64,000 bases of DNA from the human T2T-CHM13v2.0 reference genome, Homo sapiens. A program made the translations under genes and the position numbers. This document shows positions 48,326 to 64,000 of the stretch, piece after piece (position 1 is the stretch's first letter; the number at the start of each line of letters is the position of its first letter). Under the pieces are notes generated by a model. It ran no database searches and was not told the DNA's origin. It saw only the letters and a program-made list of their open reading frames with translations. The stretch is taken from NCBI RefSeq assembly GCF_009914755.1, contig NC_060931.1; one strand, given 5' to 3'.

Positions 48326-49669
48326 CCCTCTTGTCTTTTTATCTGCCAGATTGTTAAGAGGAATAATAGAGCCCGAAGTGTATACCACATTTGCCTTGTA
48401 AGCACGTTGAAGATTACTTACTATTTTGCAAATTGTGTTTTGTGTTCATTCTGCCTGGGTGGTGTTGCAGGACTGCTTCTGCTTCATCCAGAGCACTTGA
48501 AATATTATCTGCTTACATATTTATATATTAGGGTTTCATGTATTATTTGGTTGAATACGAGGGTTCTGCTTTTTTAAAAAAATTTGAAAACCTTTGGTTT
48601 AGCTGAAATGCCCAAGACTTTATAGGGAATGTATCAGAAGATCAAAGAAGGTAAATTACATACCCACAGTCATGGAACTATTTAGAGGTCAACAGAGATT
48701 AGAAACCATCTAGGTTTCAACCATCCATGTCTGGACTTCCTATCCAGGGCATTTTTGCTACAAAATGTTGATTTGATTTTCCATTTTGAAAGACACAGAA
48801 GTGATCTGTGAAATGGTGATTAGCACTAGGCGGCCCCAGGCAGCCCTGGAATGCTCCATGGTTCAAATGCCCAAGACCAGATGGAAGTCTAGAAGTGGAT
48901 GACTCAAAGTTTATTAGTTTTGCCACCTGGGCTGTACAGCCAAACCAGCTGCCACAGGCAGTTCCAATTTTGACAGAGCGGTAAATGAACATAAAAGTGA
49001 GTTTAAGTCCCAAGAATAAAGTAAAGGAGAATGGCTGCAGCAGCAAGGTGATTCATCCAAGCTGAGTCCTGTTGATATTTCTTGTAGGAAGCACAGCTGC
49101 TGTGCTAGGTAGGGGGCAAGAAAAGGCCTGAAAAATCATGCCTTGAGTTGTTCCAGGAGCCAATCTCAATTTGGGGTATGTTTTAATGACAGGCTTGGTA
49201 GGTTTTCCAATCGCATCTGACGATCTAGAAAGGGAAAAGCAAGCCGGTGCTATATCATGATTATGTCATGTGGCCTGAACCACTTTTTATTCTTTTCTGG
49301 AATCCATGGAAAATCATTTGATCACCTCCTTTCCATAGTTCTGCGGTGGTGGAGCCATAAATATTCATTGGAACATAAGATCCTTGTGGCAGATCACCAG
49401 GAATCAATTCATTATCTTCATATTATCGTCATATTGAGTTGAACTATTGTAGATTTGTCAAGATCTGTCCATGAAATACTACAGTAGTCAGAAATTGACT
49501 CTAAGGTTTTGGATGACCCCTTTAATAGATCGGCAGTTCTCAAAAATTGAATCGAGTATGACAGTGAGCACATGGGGCTAGGAACAAATTGGGAGAAGTA
49601 CAGTAATGTTTCTTTAAATGAGGATGATCCACTAATTAATTTTAAAAACTCAAATAATCTTGATCTTTT

Positions 49670-49830
49670 CTGTCAGAATGCTTTGGGCAGAATGTAACAG
49701 AAAACCTGGCTAAACTGACTTAAATAAAATGGAGGTTTATTATTATTACTTTTCTGTGTCATCAGAAATTTAGAGGAATGTGGTTCCTGGCTTTGGTTCA
49801 TCTACTCAGTGATGACACAGGCTCTCTTTG
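49670..49830. mobile_element. Old MLT1-like LTR fragment
   Basis: gaatgctttgggcagaatgtaacagaaaacc...gacttaaataaa...ggtttatt. Confidence 0.55.
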
Positions 49831-50221
49831 TGTTATCTTGGTGCAAAATAAAAGGAGATACATGCAGAGGGGAAAAAAATGCACGAGTTGCTGATGTATA
49901 TTGCCATGGGTTTGAGGATAAAGGCCAGACCACGGTTCCATCTGCTTGGTCAACCTCTGCTTTCAGATAATCTTTTTAGGGGTTGAACGTTTATGTATTT
50001 ATATTTCTCAATTGACTATTACTTAGTCTCATGCAATAGTGTAATGCCGTTCTTCATTTGTGTGATAAAAGTACAATGCCTGTATATTTTCTAACTTGAT
50101 GGACAGGTTTTTTTCTTCTACAATGAGATGAAGTGAAATTACTTTCATAATATAACGTTCTCTTTATGAGTATAGATTAACTAGCTGTTCTATTTTATTT
50201 ATTTACTTTTTTTCCTGGTAG

Positions 50222-50317
50222 GTGGCGTGTTTGTCTCACATAGCTGCAAATTATCTTATTGGTCAAAAGGAAGCAAAACGTTGGGGTACAGCTCATGGCA
50301 GTATCGTTCCTTACCAG
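50222..50317 (+). CDS. SUGCT: Next internal coding exon (96 nt, phase 0-0) of succinyl-CoA:glutarate CoA-transferase
   Basis: Long pyrimidine tract ending tttcctggtAG, donor CAG|gtaaga. Translates [32 protein letters not shown] (family III R-x-G-x-x-H-x-x-I-x-PY motif), in frame with the 7970-8113 exon. Confidence 0.96.
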
Positions 50318-51785
50318 GTAAGACTACAGCAGTCTAGGGTTGGGCTGTTGTAATTTGCAGTTTTATATGATGTGTTTTTGGAAAATGATTTCTTTTTATA
50401 CACAAATCCTTCAGCTGTTTTTTTTTTTTTTTTTTTTTTTTTGTAATGTATCTGTGTCTGGCTATAACAAGGTTCTGTTGTTCACTTTAAGTTCTGTTTT
50501 GCGTATTTCTTCATCAGAAAGAGATTAGTAACAAGACCCTTAAACAGATCAAAGGAACTTGCTGAAAGTAAGTGCCTTTTGGGCTCATATGATAGTTTTC
50601 TTTTTTTTTTTCCACCTAAAAGAGGCACTGACTGTAGCCATTTTATAAAGCATGATTTGTTAACCATGTCAGTTACAAAACAAATGTTACCTACCCCATC
50701 TGACAATAATATTCTCACAGGATTGAAGTAAAATGAAAATTTGCGTGTGATGGTTCTTCATTTTTGGAACAAAGCAGATGGCTCAGGAGCTGCTGTTCTT
50801 TATTAAGTGTCTTAACTTGTCCTTAGAAATTCTTGACTTTGGCTAGTGTAAATGAATATGTGAAGTAACTGTGATCTTTCAAAAATAAAATTTAAAACAA
50901 AACCTAGCTCTTCTTCCAATCCAGTTGCTTGGTCCAGTTGCACTGTATGTTGTTGTATTTATTAATGTATCTGCATATCTCCTGTACTCTATTGCAAACT
51001 CTTAAGAGTAGAGGTGACTTTTTCATCATTGTATATCTTCTCACAATCAATGGAAGCACATGTTAGGTACTATATACATATCTGTGGAATGAATGAGTGA
51101 ATTTTACTGGAGTCATTTCAATGTTAGTGCTCTTGGGAGAAAACAAAAAAGTCAGCATTTTTCATTTGCCAGGAAATTCATCAACCCTGCTAATCATCCT
51201 TTTAGCTTTAAGACATTATTTCCTTGGGCAAAACTAGTTTCTTTTCCATTTTTTAAAATCGGAATTTGAGGAAAGCACTGACCCAATATGAACCTGGGAT
51301 TCTTCCCTCTCTGTTTATATTCATGGCCCTTTACCTGAGGCATTACTGTGATTTCACTGTAGCACTGCTTTTCAACACATTGAGTTGATCTTTAGGTGTA
51401 ATTACAGTTGTGGAGGTGTTTTCTCCAGTTCTTCCCCTTTGTCTGCACCATTCGTTTTATGACCACCATTAATGACATTTTGCTTCTCCACTTCCTAGCC
51501 CTTTGTGACTGACCCTATACTTCTAACCAGACCTGCTTCATTTCACAGACGTCATTACATTGTTGAATTGGTTAGAGATCATCAGATTTAGTCTTTTTGT
51601 TTTTCAGATAAGAAATCTGATACCTAGATTGGGCAGATGAACTCCAACTGTGGTGCCCTGCCTCCTTGTTGAGTATTCTTTCAGATTCTGCTACCTTTGA
51701 TAAGAAAAGGTGATTTCAGTTCCCTTCATCAACTCTACCCCTATCAAGGGTCTCCATCAAACTTGCTCCTAGGTCAAGGGTCTGA

Positions 51786-52260
<475 letters not shown>

Positions 52261-53286
52261 TAGTGTAATTCCAAATCCCATCACATAGGTAGGTGTTCAC
52301 TGCGTTCAAGCATAAAGTTTATAGTTTATTTTTTGCTCATTTAAAAAATGGAACGTCATTTTAAAAAGCTTTATATAGACCTCAGCTATTCCTTCTGGGC
52401 ATGTGCACCTAGAGTTCTGGCACCCTGGGTATGCCCTCAATTATTTCACTATGTGTTGAAAAGAAATTCAGAATCTTGGCTTTTATTTTGGAAAGTAAAA
52501 GACATAGGATTTTTTTTCTCTTTCTCTCTGTGTGTGTATCTGTGTCTGTGTTTGTCTGTTCTTCAGTGATAGAAATGTACTTTTCCTGTTGAATTGTGCC
52601 ATTCACATAAAATGGATAGTATACTTATTTGATTTTAGTTGATTGCAGCTGTATTATCTGTAAGAAATAAGAAATCTACCAGGTTATTTCCTCAAGAGCC
52701 CAGAATTAATTTGTTTCCTCTTCCCAAGAACTAGTTCAGCACTGTGATTAAGGAATAAATGCAAATTTAGCTGAAATGAAACTAGCATACCAAGATGGGT
52801 CCTAGATATGCTTAGAGACCCCGGTCTGTTTTCAATTTTAAAAATAGATTGGGGGAATATTTTTGTGGGTGAATGCCAGGATAATTATAATTTAGTTTTC
52901 TGTAATAATTACAGAAAACTTTGCATCTAAGTTGAGTTGTCTGAGTTTTGGGCTGTCTATAATGGAAGACTCTGATGGTCACAGGAGTTACTTGAGGTGC
53001 CTAGCTCACTCTCCTCCATTCTTGTTGAACCCTATCTGAAAGATTGTATACCTCAAATGCATGGCATGTAAATTTCAGAAAAGTAGTGATTCTTGTTTTG
53101 TGTGTTATTTTATAAGCATGCAGTTCTTAACTTCTCAGATTGATTATCCTCTCATGCCCTTTTCTTCCCTATTCTTTGGCTGCCAGCTTTTTAAGATTAA
53201 GTAAGTTAGACAAACGTAGACAGAGCTGACATAATTTTGCTACTTGTTGAACATGTTGGTGGATGCTTTTCTGAGAATTCAGATAT

Positions 53287-53455
53287 TTATGTATTTATTT
53301 ATTATTTATGAGACTGGTTCTCACTTTGTTGTCCAGGCTGGAGTGCAGTGGTGTGATCATAGCTTACTACAGCCTCGACCTGCTGGGCTCAAGTGTTCCT
53401 AGTAGCTGGGATACCGAGTAGCGGAGACTACAGATACGAGCCACAGTGTCTGGCA
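53287..53455 (-). mobile_element. Alu monomer/fragment (FRAM/AluJ-like)
   Basis: TSD ttcagat.ttt. Confidence 0.8.
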
Positions 53456-53575
53456 GGTTTCAGATTTTTAAAAAAAAGTTTTAGATTTCACTGCTTCTTT
53501 TGTTCCCATTTCTAGTGGACCCTGCCACAGAGAAGCACTTAGCCTAAGGGATTAATAGTTACATAATATTTGTTA

Positions 53576-53860
<285 letters not shown>

Positions 53861-54244
53861 TGTAATATTTTTAATGCATAGATATGTTTCCCAGCCCTTA
53901 AACAATTATACTTAAAGACAGTAGGCTTTTAGAGATGGGAGAGGAGGGTGCAGAGAAAGCAGATAGCTGGTCTCCAAAAAGAATATATTTTATTATGTAA
54001 CATAGTTGTCAGTGGGGCCACTGCCCTTTACATACATGGCCAACATGGTAATTCTTTTAATTTCATAGCCTGCATCTATCTAAAACTCTTGCCCAAATTT
54101 CTTCAACCTTCTAGGAACCTTCATTGCCATGTCCTCCTTTGTTTGTGACCCACACTGACCTCTACTGTCTCCAATATCGTAGAAGATCCATTCACAAATA
54201 CACTCACAAGGACAGGTGATACTGAATATAGTGGGAAAAAATGG

Positions 54245-55575
<1,331 letters not shown>

Positions 55576-56145
55576 AGCAGTGTTTTTTTATAGATGAAAT
55601 GTACCCAGTCTTACAACAGGAGGCCTCACCTTTCTAACCATATCCTTTGATTGTTACCAGGGAGTTTCACTGTTCTGAATAGCATAAGAATCTCCCCATC
55701 TTCTGTCTCTCTCTCTCCCTTCTCCTTTCTGGCTTCAGAGGTCCCTTGTCTCTCTTCTCCTTTTCAAGAGCAATGAATTTCTCTAGTCTTCTATGAGTTT
55801 TTATGCTCTCTAGTGCAGGCACAGTCTTTGTGCCCACAGATCTTTGGGTAGCTACCACTATACTAAGTGCTTAATGATTTAGTTTTGATATACAGTGAAT
55901 CCCTTCCCAAGGGGCAAGCTGATGTGAGGATCTAATAGAAGCCCACCAGACTGTGTTTCTGATGAGACCATCTGTCCCCCCAGCTCATTCCTTTGGCAGC
56001 AGGAATTGAGGGAGCTCACAGTTTATTGTGCTCCTGGCAAAACCACAACTCCTTCAGCTATAGTGTTGCCCTCATGACAGGGTAAATTGCCCAAGAGGCC
56101 GGTCTTGAGAATAAGACTGTAACCTTTCCTTAAAAAGACTACCAG

Positions 56146-56488
<343 letters not shown>

Positions 56489-56892
56489 CTACTACCAGAA
56501 TGAGTCCCATCACTCCTTATACCCATTTGCCTCAATTACAACCAGAACTCCAAACCTTTTGGCCATCTGTTATCACCTGGACAATTTTCCCATATGGCTC
56601 TGTTAATCTCTCTTCTTTTGACCCAGTTATTTCTCCTGTCATCAGTCTTGGTGGCTGTAAAATCCACATAGAGGACCCTTGCAACAGTCCACCCTCTTCT
56701 TTCTTTAACCTCTCCTCTCTTGCAGTGATCCTTTTCTGTTCTCACTTGGCTCCCACTCCCATTCACTTGGTGTTTCTCAAAGTTTAAAGTGCATGTGAAT
56801 CATTTGGATGTCTTGTTAAGATGCAGATTCTGTTTCAAGGTGATGTTGATGCTGTTAGTAGGAGCACTCAGTTTCCAGATCTAAAATGCATT

Positions 56893-57185
56893 ATTATCAT
56901 TATTTTTTTAGAGACAGAGTCTCTCTCTGTTGTCCAGGCTGGAGTAGTGGTGTGATCATAGCACATTGCAGCCTCAAACTCAAGCAAACCTCCCACCTCA
57001 GCCTCCCGAGTAATAGCTGGGACCACAGGCACACACCACCATGTCCAGCTATTTAAAAAGTTTTTTTTAGAGACAGGGTCTCATCATCTTGCCCAGGCTG
57101 GTCTTGAACTCCTGGACTCAAGTGATCTTCCCACCTTCACCTCCCAAAGTGCTAAGATTACAGCTGTGAGCCATTGCTCGCAGAC
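56893..57185 (-). mobile_element. Alu (AluJ-like)
   Basis: Diverged dimer. Confidence 0.9.
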
Positions 57186-57721
57186 TTAGACTGTTATTAT
57201 CAATGACTATAGCTTTGCCTTTATACTCAACTGGCAAAATCCCAGTGCGGATAGACTTAATAGTTCATCTATTCCTGGCCTGCAGTCAAGTGGTGGATAT
57301 GGCCAGAAGAAAATATGCTACTTTGCTGATGATCTCCCTCCCAATCCATGGCCATCTCTCTCAAGTGGCCCCTCGGGCTTACCCAGAAATCCTGCCACCT
57401 TTACCTAGGTAATTTATTTTCTCCCCCTCTGAGATGACTACCTCACATCTTCTCTTCTCTAAGATCTTTCCATCTCTCCTCATCCTTAAAGACTTTGTCT
57501 CTTATTCCACTTAAAATTAATGCAATCAAAAGAGAACTACCTTATCTTTTCTCTACTGTACCTCCCAAACTCTTGCATTTGAACCTATATATAGATCACT
57601 GCATTCCTTCCTGTCACAAGAGAGGAAGTGTCCCTTTCCATATTTTGCCTAAGGGCATTGCATCTGCATTTTATGTCCTCTATCACCTGTATTATACTTC
57701 ATAGGATAAGCAGATGATCAT

Positions 57722-58304
<583 letters not shown>

Positions 58305-59015
58305 TGACTTTCTGAGTAGTTCATTAGTGAGAATTCTTTTTTAATGCTCTTTCATGAGCCTTTCAGTGGGAATTTTCCTTTAAATGGCCTGATAATTCAC
58401 ATGGTAATTTCTTCTAAACTTTTCTTCTGAAGTAGCTTCTAACTCAAGAGGTTGAAGAAAACAATTATTTACATGATTAAATAAAATAACATCTTCCTTG
58501 TTCCAGTTTGGGCTTATTCAACCAAGCAGTAGAGCAGGAAGCTGTGCTATGTTATTTCTGGTGGGGACATTATACTGTATATTTAATTTGGCAGAAGCAG
58601 AGACTCAGACAGGCAGTAAATTCCAAGTTTGAAGATATGCAGTGCTTTGCTATCATTCCTTAGAAAAATGTCAAAGTGCTGTTAAATCATGGCAGATTAG
58701 GTAACATTGGGAATCTTTTTCTTTTTTTTTCTTAAACACATGTTAAGGATTTTTTTTTTAAAAGTCAAAATATAAATGATATACATCTGTCTCTTCTTGT
58801 GTGACTTTCTATTTATTTATTTTACCATAGTCACACTAAGGCACTAAAATGTGAAGGTATAAACAGGCATATGATTCTATCACATGTTTAAAATAATTGT
58901 TGTATTAGTAATAACAGTAACAATAATCATGATGGTTACCAACAGACATGTACTATGTAGCTGGGAGATATATGTATACATACATGTATGTATGTATTTA
59001 TAAAATTTTTGCTTA

Positions 59016-59471
<456 letters not shown>

Positions 59472-61329
59472 TTATCTCTTTAACAAATGTCAAGTTTATT
59501 ATGATTCTAGTGGGTACCAAACCTAATAGCTGGCCTTGCTACAGAAGTATCTTTGAATTATGAGCTGTAGGGCAAGTGTAGGTTTCCCCCTACCATGGTT
59601 TCAGTACATTGCTTTCAAATGACTCTTGACAAACCAATTAAAACATAATTTCTTGAGTACCCTGTGGGGTAGGCAGTGTTTTAGTCCTGAAAGCCTCCAA
59701 ATGAGGAAGAACTGGGCCCTTGATTTCAAGGGACTCAAAGGCAATATAGCAGGGAAAGTTGGGAGAACTTGAGCTTTGGGGTCAGACAGGCCTGGAGAAT
59801 TAAAAGAGATCATTGTACTAAGTGTTTTGTGCAGCATCTGACTCTAGAAAGCCCTCAATAAAAGGTGGCTCCTGTTATTATTGGTGTGTTGAACTAATAA
59901 TTATAGCTTTTGTGAATAATAGTTTCTATGAAAATATGAAATAGTCTCTATGAAAACTACCCATAGAAGCTTAGGGGCAGAGTAAATAAATAAACAGAGC
60001 TGAATTTCTTTCTTAAACTTTATGGGATTTTTAGCTTAATTTCTTTTCATTTTTTAGAGAAGAAAAGAGGGCAACACGCTGTGGTAATTTTGTTTTAAAA
60101 AAACTCTTTGTAGAACTTTTTCGGAAATTGTAGCCTTCAGCTCATTGTCCAAATATAGCATTATTAAAATTAATAGAGTTTGAGGAGAATCATGTATGGC
60201 AGCATCACTCAGTTGTTACAGGGAGTAAGGCTTCTAGTTTATTGAATGGTTTAATTAATTGAGATTGGGTATAGATTCATACTTAACAAAAGGAACCATG
60301 ACAAAAATGATTTTCAGGAGTAATCTCTGAGAAGCCCACAAGATGGGAACCTACCTTTATAAAAAATATATACTCACCTTTGTAAGAGCAAAAAATTGTG
60401 GAGATTTCTCTTTTGGTTTTAAAAAGTGAAGGAAATAGAATATTTTAAACACTTGTTTTTATACCCTTAAAATTGCAAAGAATGTCGATAATGCTTACCC
60501 ATTAAAAAATATTTGGAGATTTATTGGGAACGAAAGAGTAGGTGATAGCAAAGACATTAGATTACATTTCAGATGCTTCTACAAACTTTTGATTAATTAG
60601 CACTGACGAGTTAGAATATTCAAAAGTTGGTTTTCTGGTAAATTAAGGCATGGATTGTATGAACCCCCAGCCCCTTTAGTTCTAAAGTTTTTGGCCAGGT
60701 AGCTTTTGAATATTTGCCTTTGTGTATGCCTTGATCCTTACGGATTTGGGATTCTTGTTAAAGCAAGACAAAATCTTTTGTTTGAAGATCCTGGTTACTT
60801 TGGAACCAGTTGGCCAGGAGGTTGCCACAGTCTGAAGAATATAGGTCACTGGGCAGTCCAGGAGCAGGTAAAATTAAGGCAGATGTGCCAGCTGCGGCAT
60901 AATAGCTGCCACCCTCTGGGCTACTTCTTAGGAAAGATTTGGCTGTCTTTGATTTAAAACAAAATTTCTGAAGTTAACATAAATAAGGTAACATGATGTC
61001 CAAGGGTAACTATTGCACAAAGAATAAATGCACTTACAACTGTTCAAAGACTATTATGATTTTTTAAACTCAGAATTCCCTCTGACATATAGTGTTTTAA
61101 ATGTGTTTCGCTAAGAGGTAAAATAGAAGGTGGTGCAAGGAAAGTAAAAGTAGTAAATCCCTAGTTCCTTTAAGATTTTTTCGGCTTTTCTTGTATTCTT
61201 AATATATGTGCAGAACTAATGTGTTTTTATATTTTCTATGCCTAACATATTTGGCTAAAATTATCTAAAAGAATCAAAGGCCATTTTGAATATTCAGTCA
61301 TTAGTTCTAGTAATATTATCTTAATCACT

Positions 61330-61545
61330 ATAATAATTATCAGATGTAACATTTATCAATGATTACTGTGTTATTAAATATCTTACATATATTAAATCAA
61401 TATTTACCACAGCCCTTAAAATAGTTATTGCTATTATCTCCACTTTCACATGTGGAAACTGAGGCATAGAGAGTTTAGATAACTTGTGCAGGGTCACAAG
61501 ACCATGGTATAACTGGGATTCTAACTGAGGCAGGGGGACTTGAGC
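61330..61545 (-). mobile_element. MIR
   Basis: ggaaactgaggcatagagagtttagataacttgtgcagggtcaca core. Confidence 0.8.
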
Positions 61546-62232
61546 TCATTGTACTGTATAGGCAGATGATACAATGCTGCATGTTTAGTTTCATTTTCTA
61601 TCTTTATCCTACTTTTGAGAAATAATTATGTGACCTTTTCCTCTACATAATTTCCCCTTTAGGACTGCCAAGAGCAATTCAAGAGGTATAAACAATTCTG
61701 TTGTTTACTCATCACAGGGATCCTTAATTATGACTTAAAAGCAAATTTCCTTCAGAAATCAGGTTGTACATCTTTTGAATAAATCCTTTGGTCGCATATG
61801 CTAAAATGGTATTAGGATCATAAGTAAGTGATGGTATAGTGAAGCAACTCTACCTATTAACAGTTCCACCTATTTAATGAGAACAGTCCTTGAGCAATAT
61901 AGGAGTTGGGGATGGTTTTAGCTGTTGTGAGACTCATCGTTTCTAGTTTTCAACCTGTATTTCTGGAGTTTGGTAGTGTGGGGACAGAGCTGGGATGGGA
62001 AGGAATATTTGGGACATGAGGAGGAGTATTCCAGGGCCTAAGGAGGGGGATAGCCTGGGTAGAAACCAAGTAGACAGTTTTCTAAGTATTCACACCCCAT
62101 TTCAACCAGAACAATTCCACCTTCTGGTAGTTTTTTGAAACAGGGATTCCACTGCTTAAAACTCATTACTTGTCCTAGATCGATCATCTTGTACTGAAGG
62201 ACTTTATTGAACAAGGAAGTGGGTTTTGTACA

Positions 62233-62301
62233 TGTGTATGTGTGTGTGTATGTGTGTGTATGTGTGTGCATGTGTGTGTATGTGTGTGTATGTGTATGTG
62301 T
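62233..62301. repeat. (TG)n/(TGTA) alternating purine-pyrimidine microsatellite
   Basis: Read directly from the sequence. Confidence 0.95.
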
Positions 62302-63114
62302 TTTGGAGAAAAGAGACTGATTTCCTTCAGTGCTGGAAATCATTGTTGTCGTTCCTAGAACTGTGGACCTAAAACCAAAGAATGGGTTCAAATCTACCCA
62401 AGGTGGAGGCCTAGGTGGGAAGAGTTTGGGTGAGGCCTGGCATAGCTCCTCTTTGAAGGGACACGCACATTACCTCGCAGCTAAGAGTCTAGCCTGGTGG
62501 CTCTGTGTGGAGGTCAGGGCTCTTTAGCTCAAATAAATCACACAGGACTAGTTTATGGAAACAGTTGGATTCGCATGTAGTTACATGTCCTGTTTTGTTC
62601 CTAGGGGTGTCCAGTGCAAATCTTGTTGAAATTCTGAGTAGCTGTGCTTAGCACCAACACAGTACCCTGATAGATCTCAGTTCAGGTGCAGGCTGCCTGG
62701 GGGGAAAATAACTGAGTTCTGATATGGTACCAATTACTATTATAGTTTAATATTAGGCAAATAATATAACAATGGTAGAAAGCCTGTAAGATGTTAAGTA
62801 CCGAAGTGAATCTGTACTGGAGACTTGAACAAATCATGTTGATGTATAAGTATGGCTGTGAAATAGGCTGTTTCCTTCTTAAGTTTGCTTCTGGCATTTA
62901 GGAAAAGGAGTACTGCTTCAGGGACCCTGCCCAGACAGGAAATGGTACGTGTGCATGCTGAGTGGTGCTAGTGAAATAGGAACATTATACAGAATTATAT
63001 TAATAATTCATTTGGCCTATTTTTCACCTGGAAAGTATTTACTCTCAAGTGCCCCCTCCTCCTTCTCGCCTGAGGGTGAAAGCAGGTGCGAAATGCTCTG
63101 GGTCCTAGTGACAC

Positions 63115-63225
63115 TGAGTAGTCTATGGAGTGGCAGCATTGGCATCACCTGGAAGTTAGAAGTAATAGATTCATTCTAATGAACCAGAATCTGCATTTTA
63201 ACAAGATGTGTGCACAGGTGATTTG
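63115..63225. mobile_element. MER5A-like fragment
   Basis: gcagcattggcatcacctggaag...cagaatctgcattttaacaagat...caggtgatt. Confidence 0.7.
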
Positions 63226-64000
63226 TTTTCCTTAGACCCTTGTTGTCATTCTAATATGAGTCCACTAGATGTCACTCTTGTAACCTGGTAATGGGACAGG
63301 ATTTTTCAATGGGGATTTGCAAGAATCCCTGAACATGATCATATTATTATTAGATGATTTCCTCCCCATCCTTACAGCTACTGATATACACATTGATTAT
63401 TTAAGGTAAAACTATCATTCTGTATGGTTCAAAGTCCTGGAGAGAGATTCCTGGGAATGATTTCCATTTTTTTGGATTGGCACTCCTGCCTACTGTCTTC
63501 CCTGTTGCATGGGTTAGTCTGTCATTATATAACCTCAGCAGAGAATACACTGCAGATGCTGTGACAGGCTCACTGAGAGAACAGCATCCTGGGCTTCTGA
63601 GCACAGCAACACAGAATAAACATACAGATTTGATCTCCGTAGACATTATTGAGAACAGAAAGGAAGCAAGGCTGTATCCTGAAATTAGCATCAGCCTCTA
63701 AGATGTGATTGTTGGAGGAAGTGCTGACCTTTCTGAGTGTGTGAGGTGTCTCAAGGGAAGTTTTATAAAGAAGATTGAGTCTGCTTAGGAAATAATGTCC
63801 CAAATGTAATCTTGTAGGGAGTTAGTTTCAGCCATGAAGGTGAATATAGGGACATTTACAGGTAAAGTAATATCCTGAGGGAGAAGATATACATTTAGAG
63901 ATGTATGAGGTTCCTAGGAAAGGTCCTGTTAACAACTGGTTAGGTCTGCATATTAGGAAAGAAGGGTGAAGAGGGTAAGGACTATGCTTTAGAAGATCCG

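Noticed and set aside
48400-49660. Slightly GC-richer block upstream of the second exon, with a 109-aa ORF (48717..49046)
   Set aside because: Could be an enhancer or an old repeat, but nothing in the sequence alone supports either call.
63300-64000. Overlapping short ORFs suggesting a pseudogene or old LINE fragment
   Set aside because: No recognisable homology in any frame shown.

Overview
Primate (human-like) genomic DNA lying inside a + strand gene that I recognise as SUGCT (C7orf10; succinyl-CoA:glutarate CoA-transferase, CaiB/BaiF family III CoA-transferase). Only two coding exons fall in the window: 7970-8113 (144 nt) and 50222-50317 (96 nt). Both are phase 0-0, they are separated by a 42,108-nt intron, and the ORF track misses both. 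The rest is intron packed with Alu, L1, L2, MIR, MaLR LTR and DNA-transposon fossils, and the recognisable ORFs in the track are repeat-derived. I find no evidence of a new gene system. The most interesting signal is structural. There is a ~250-bp inverted duplication (19819-20069 / 22477-22724) beside a locally flipped L2 piece, an Alu-Alu inversion revealed by swapped target-site duplications (15264-16002), a stem-bounded microinversion in an L2 (44812-44926), three 5'-inverted L1 insertions and a triple-nested MLT1>MER44>L1PA stack. The two exons also have the geometry for a stop-free circular RNA. Repeat subfamily names come from memory of consensus sequences, and repeat boundaries are approximate.
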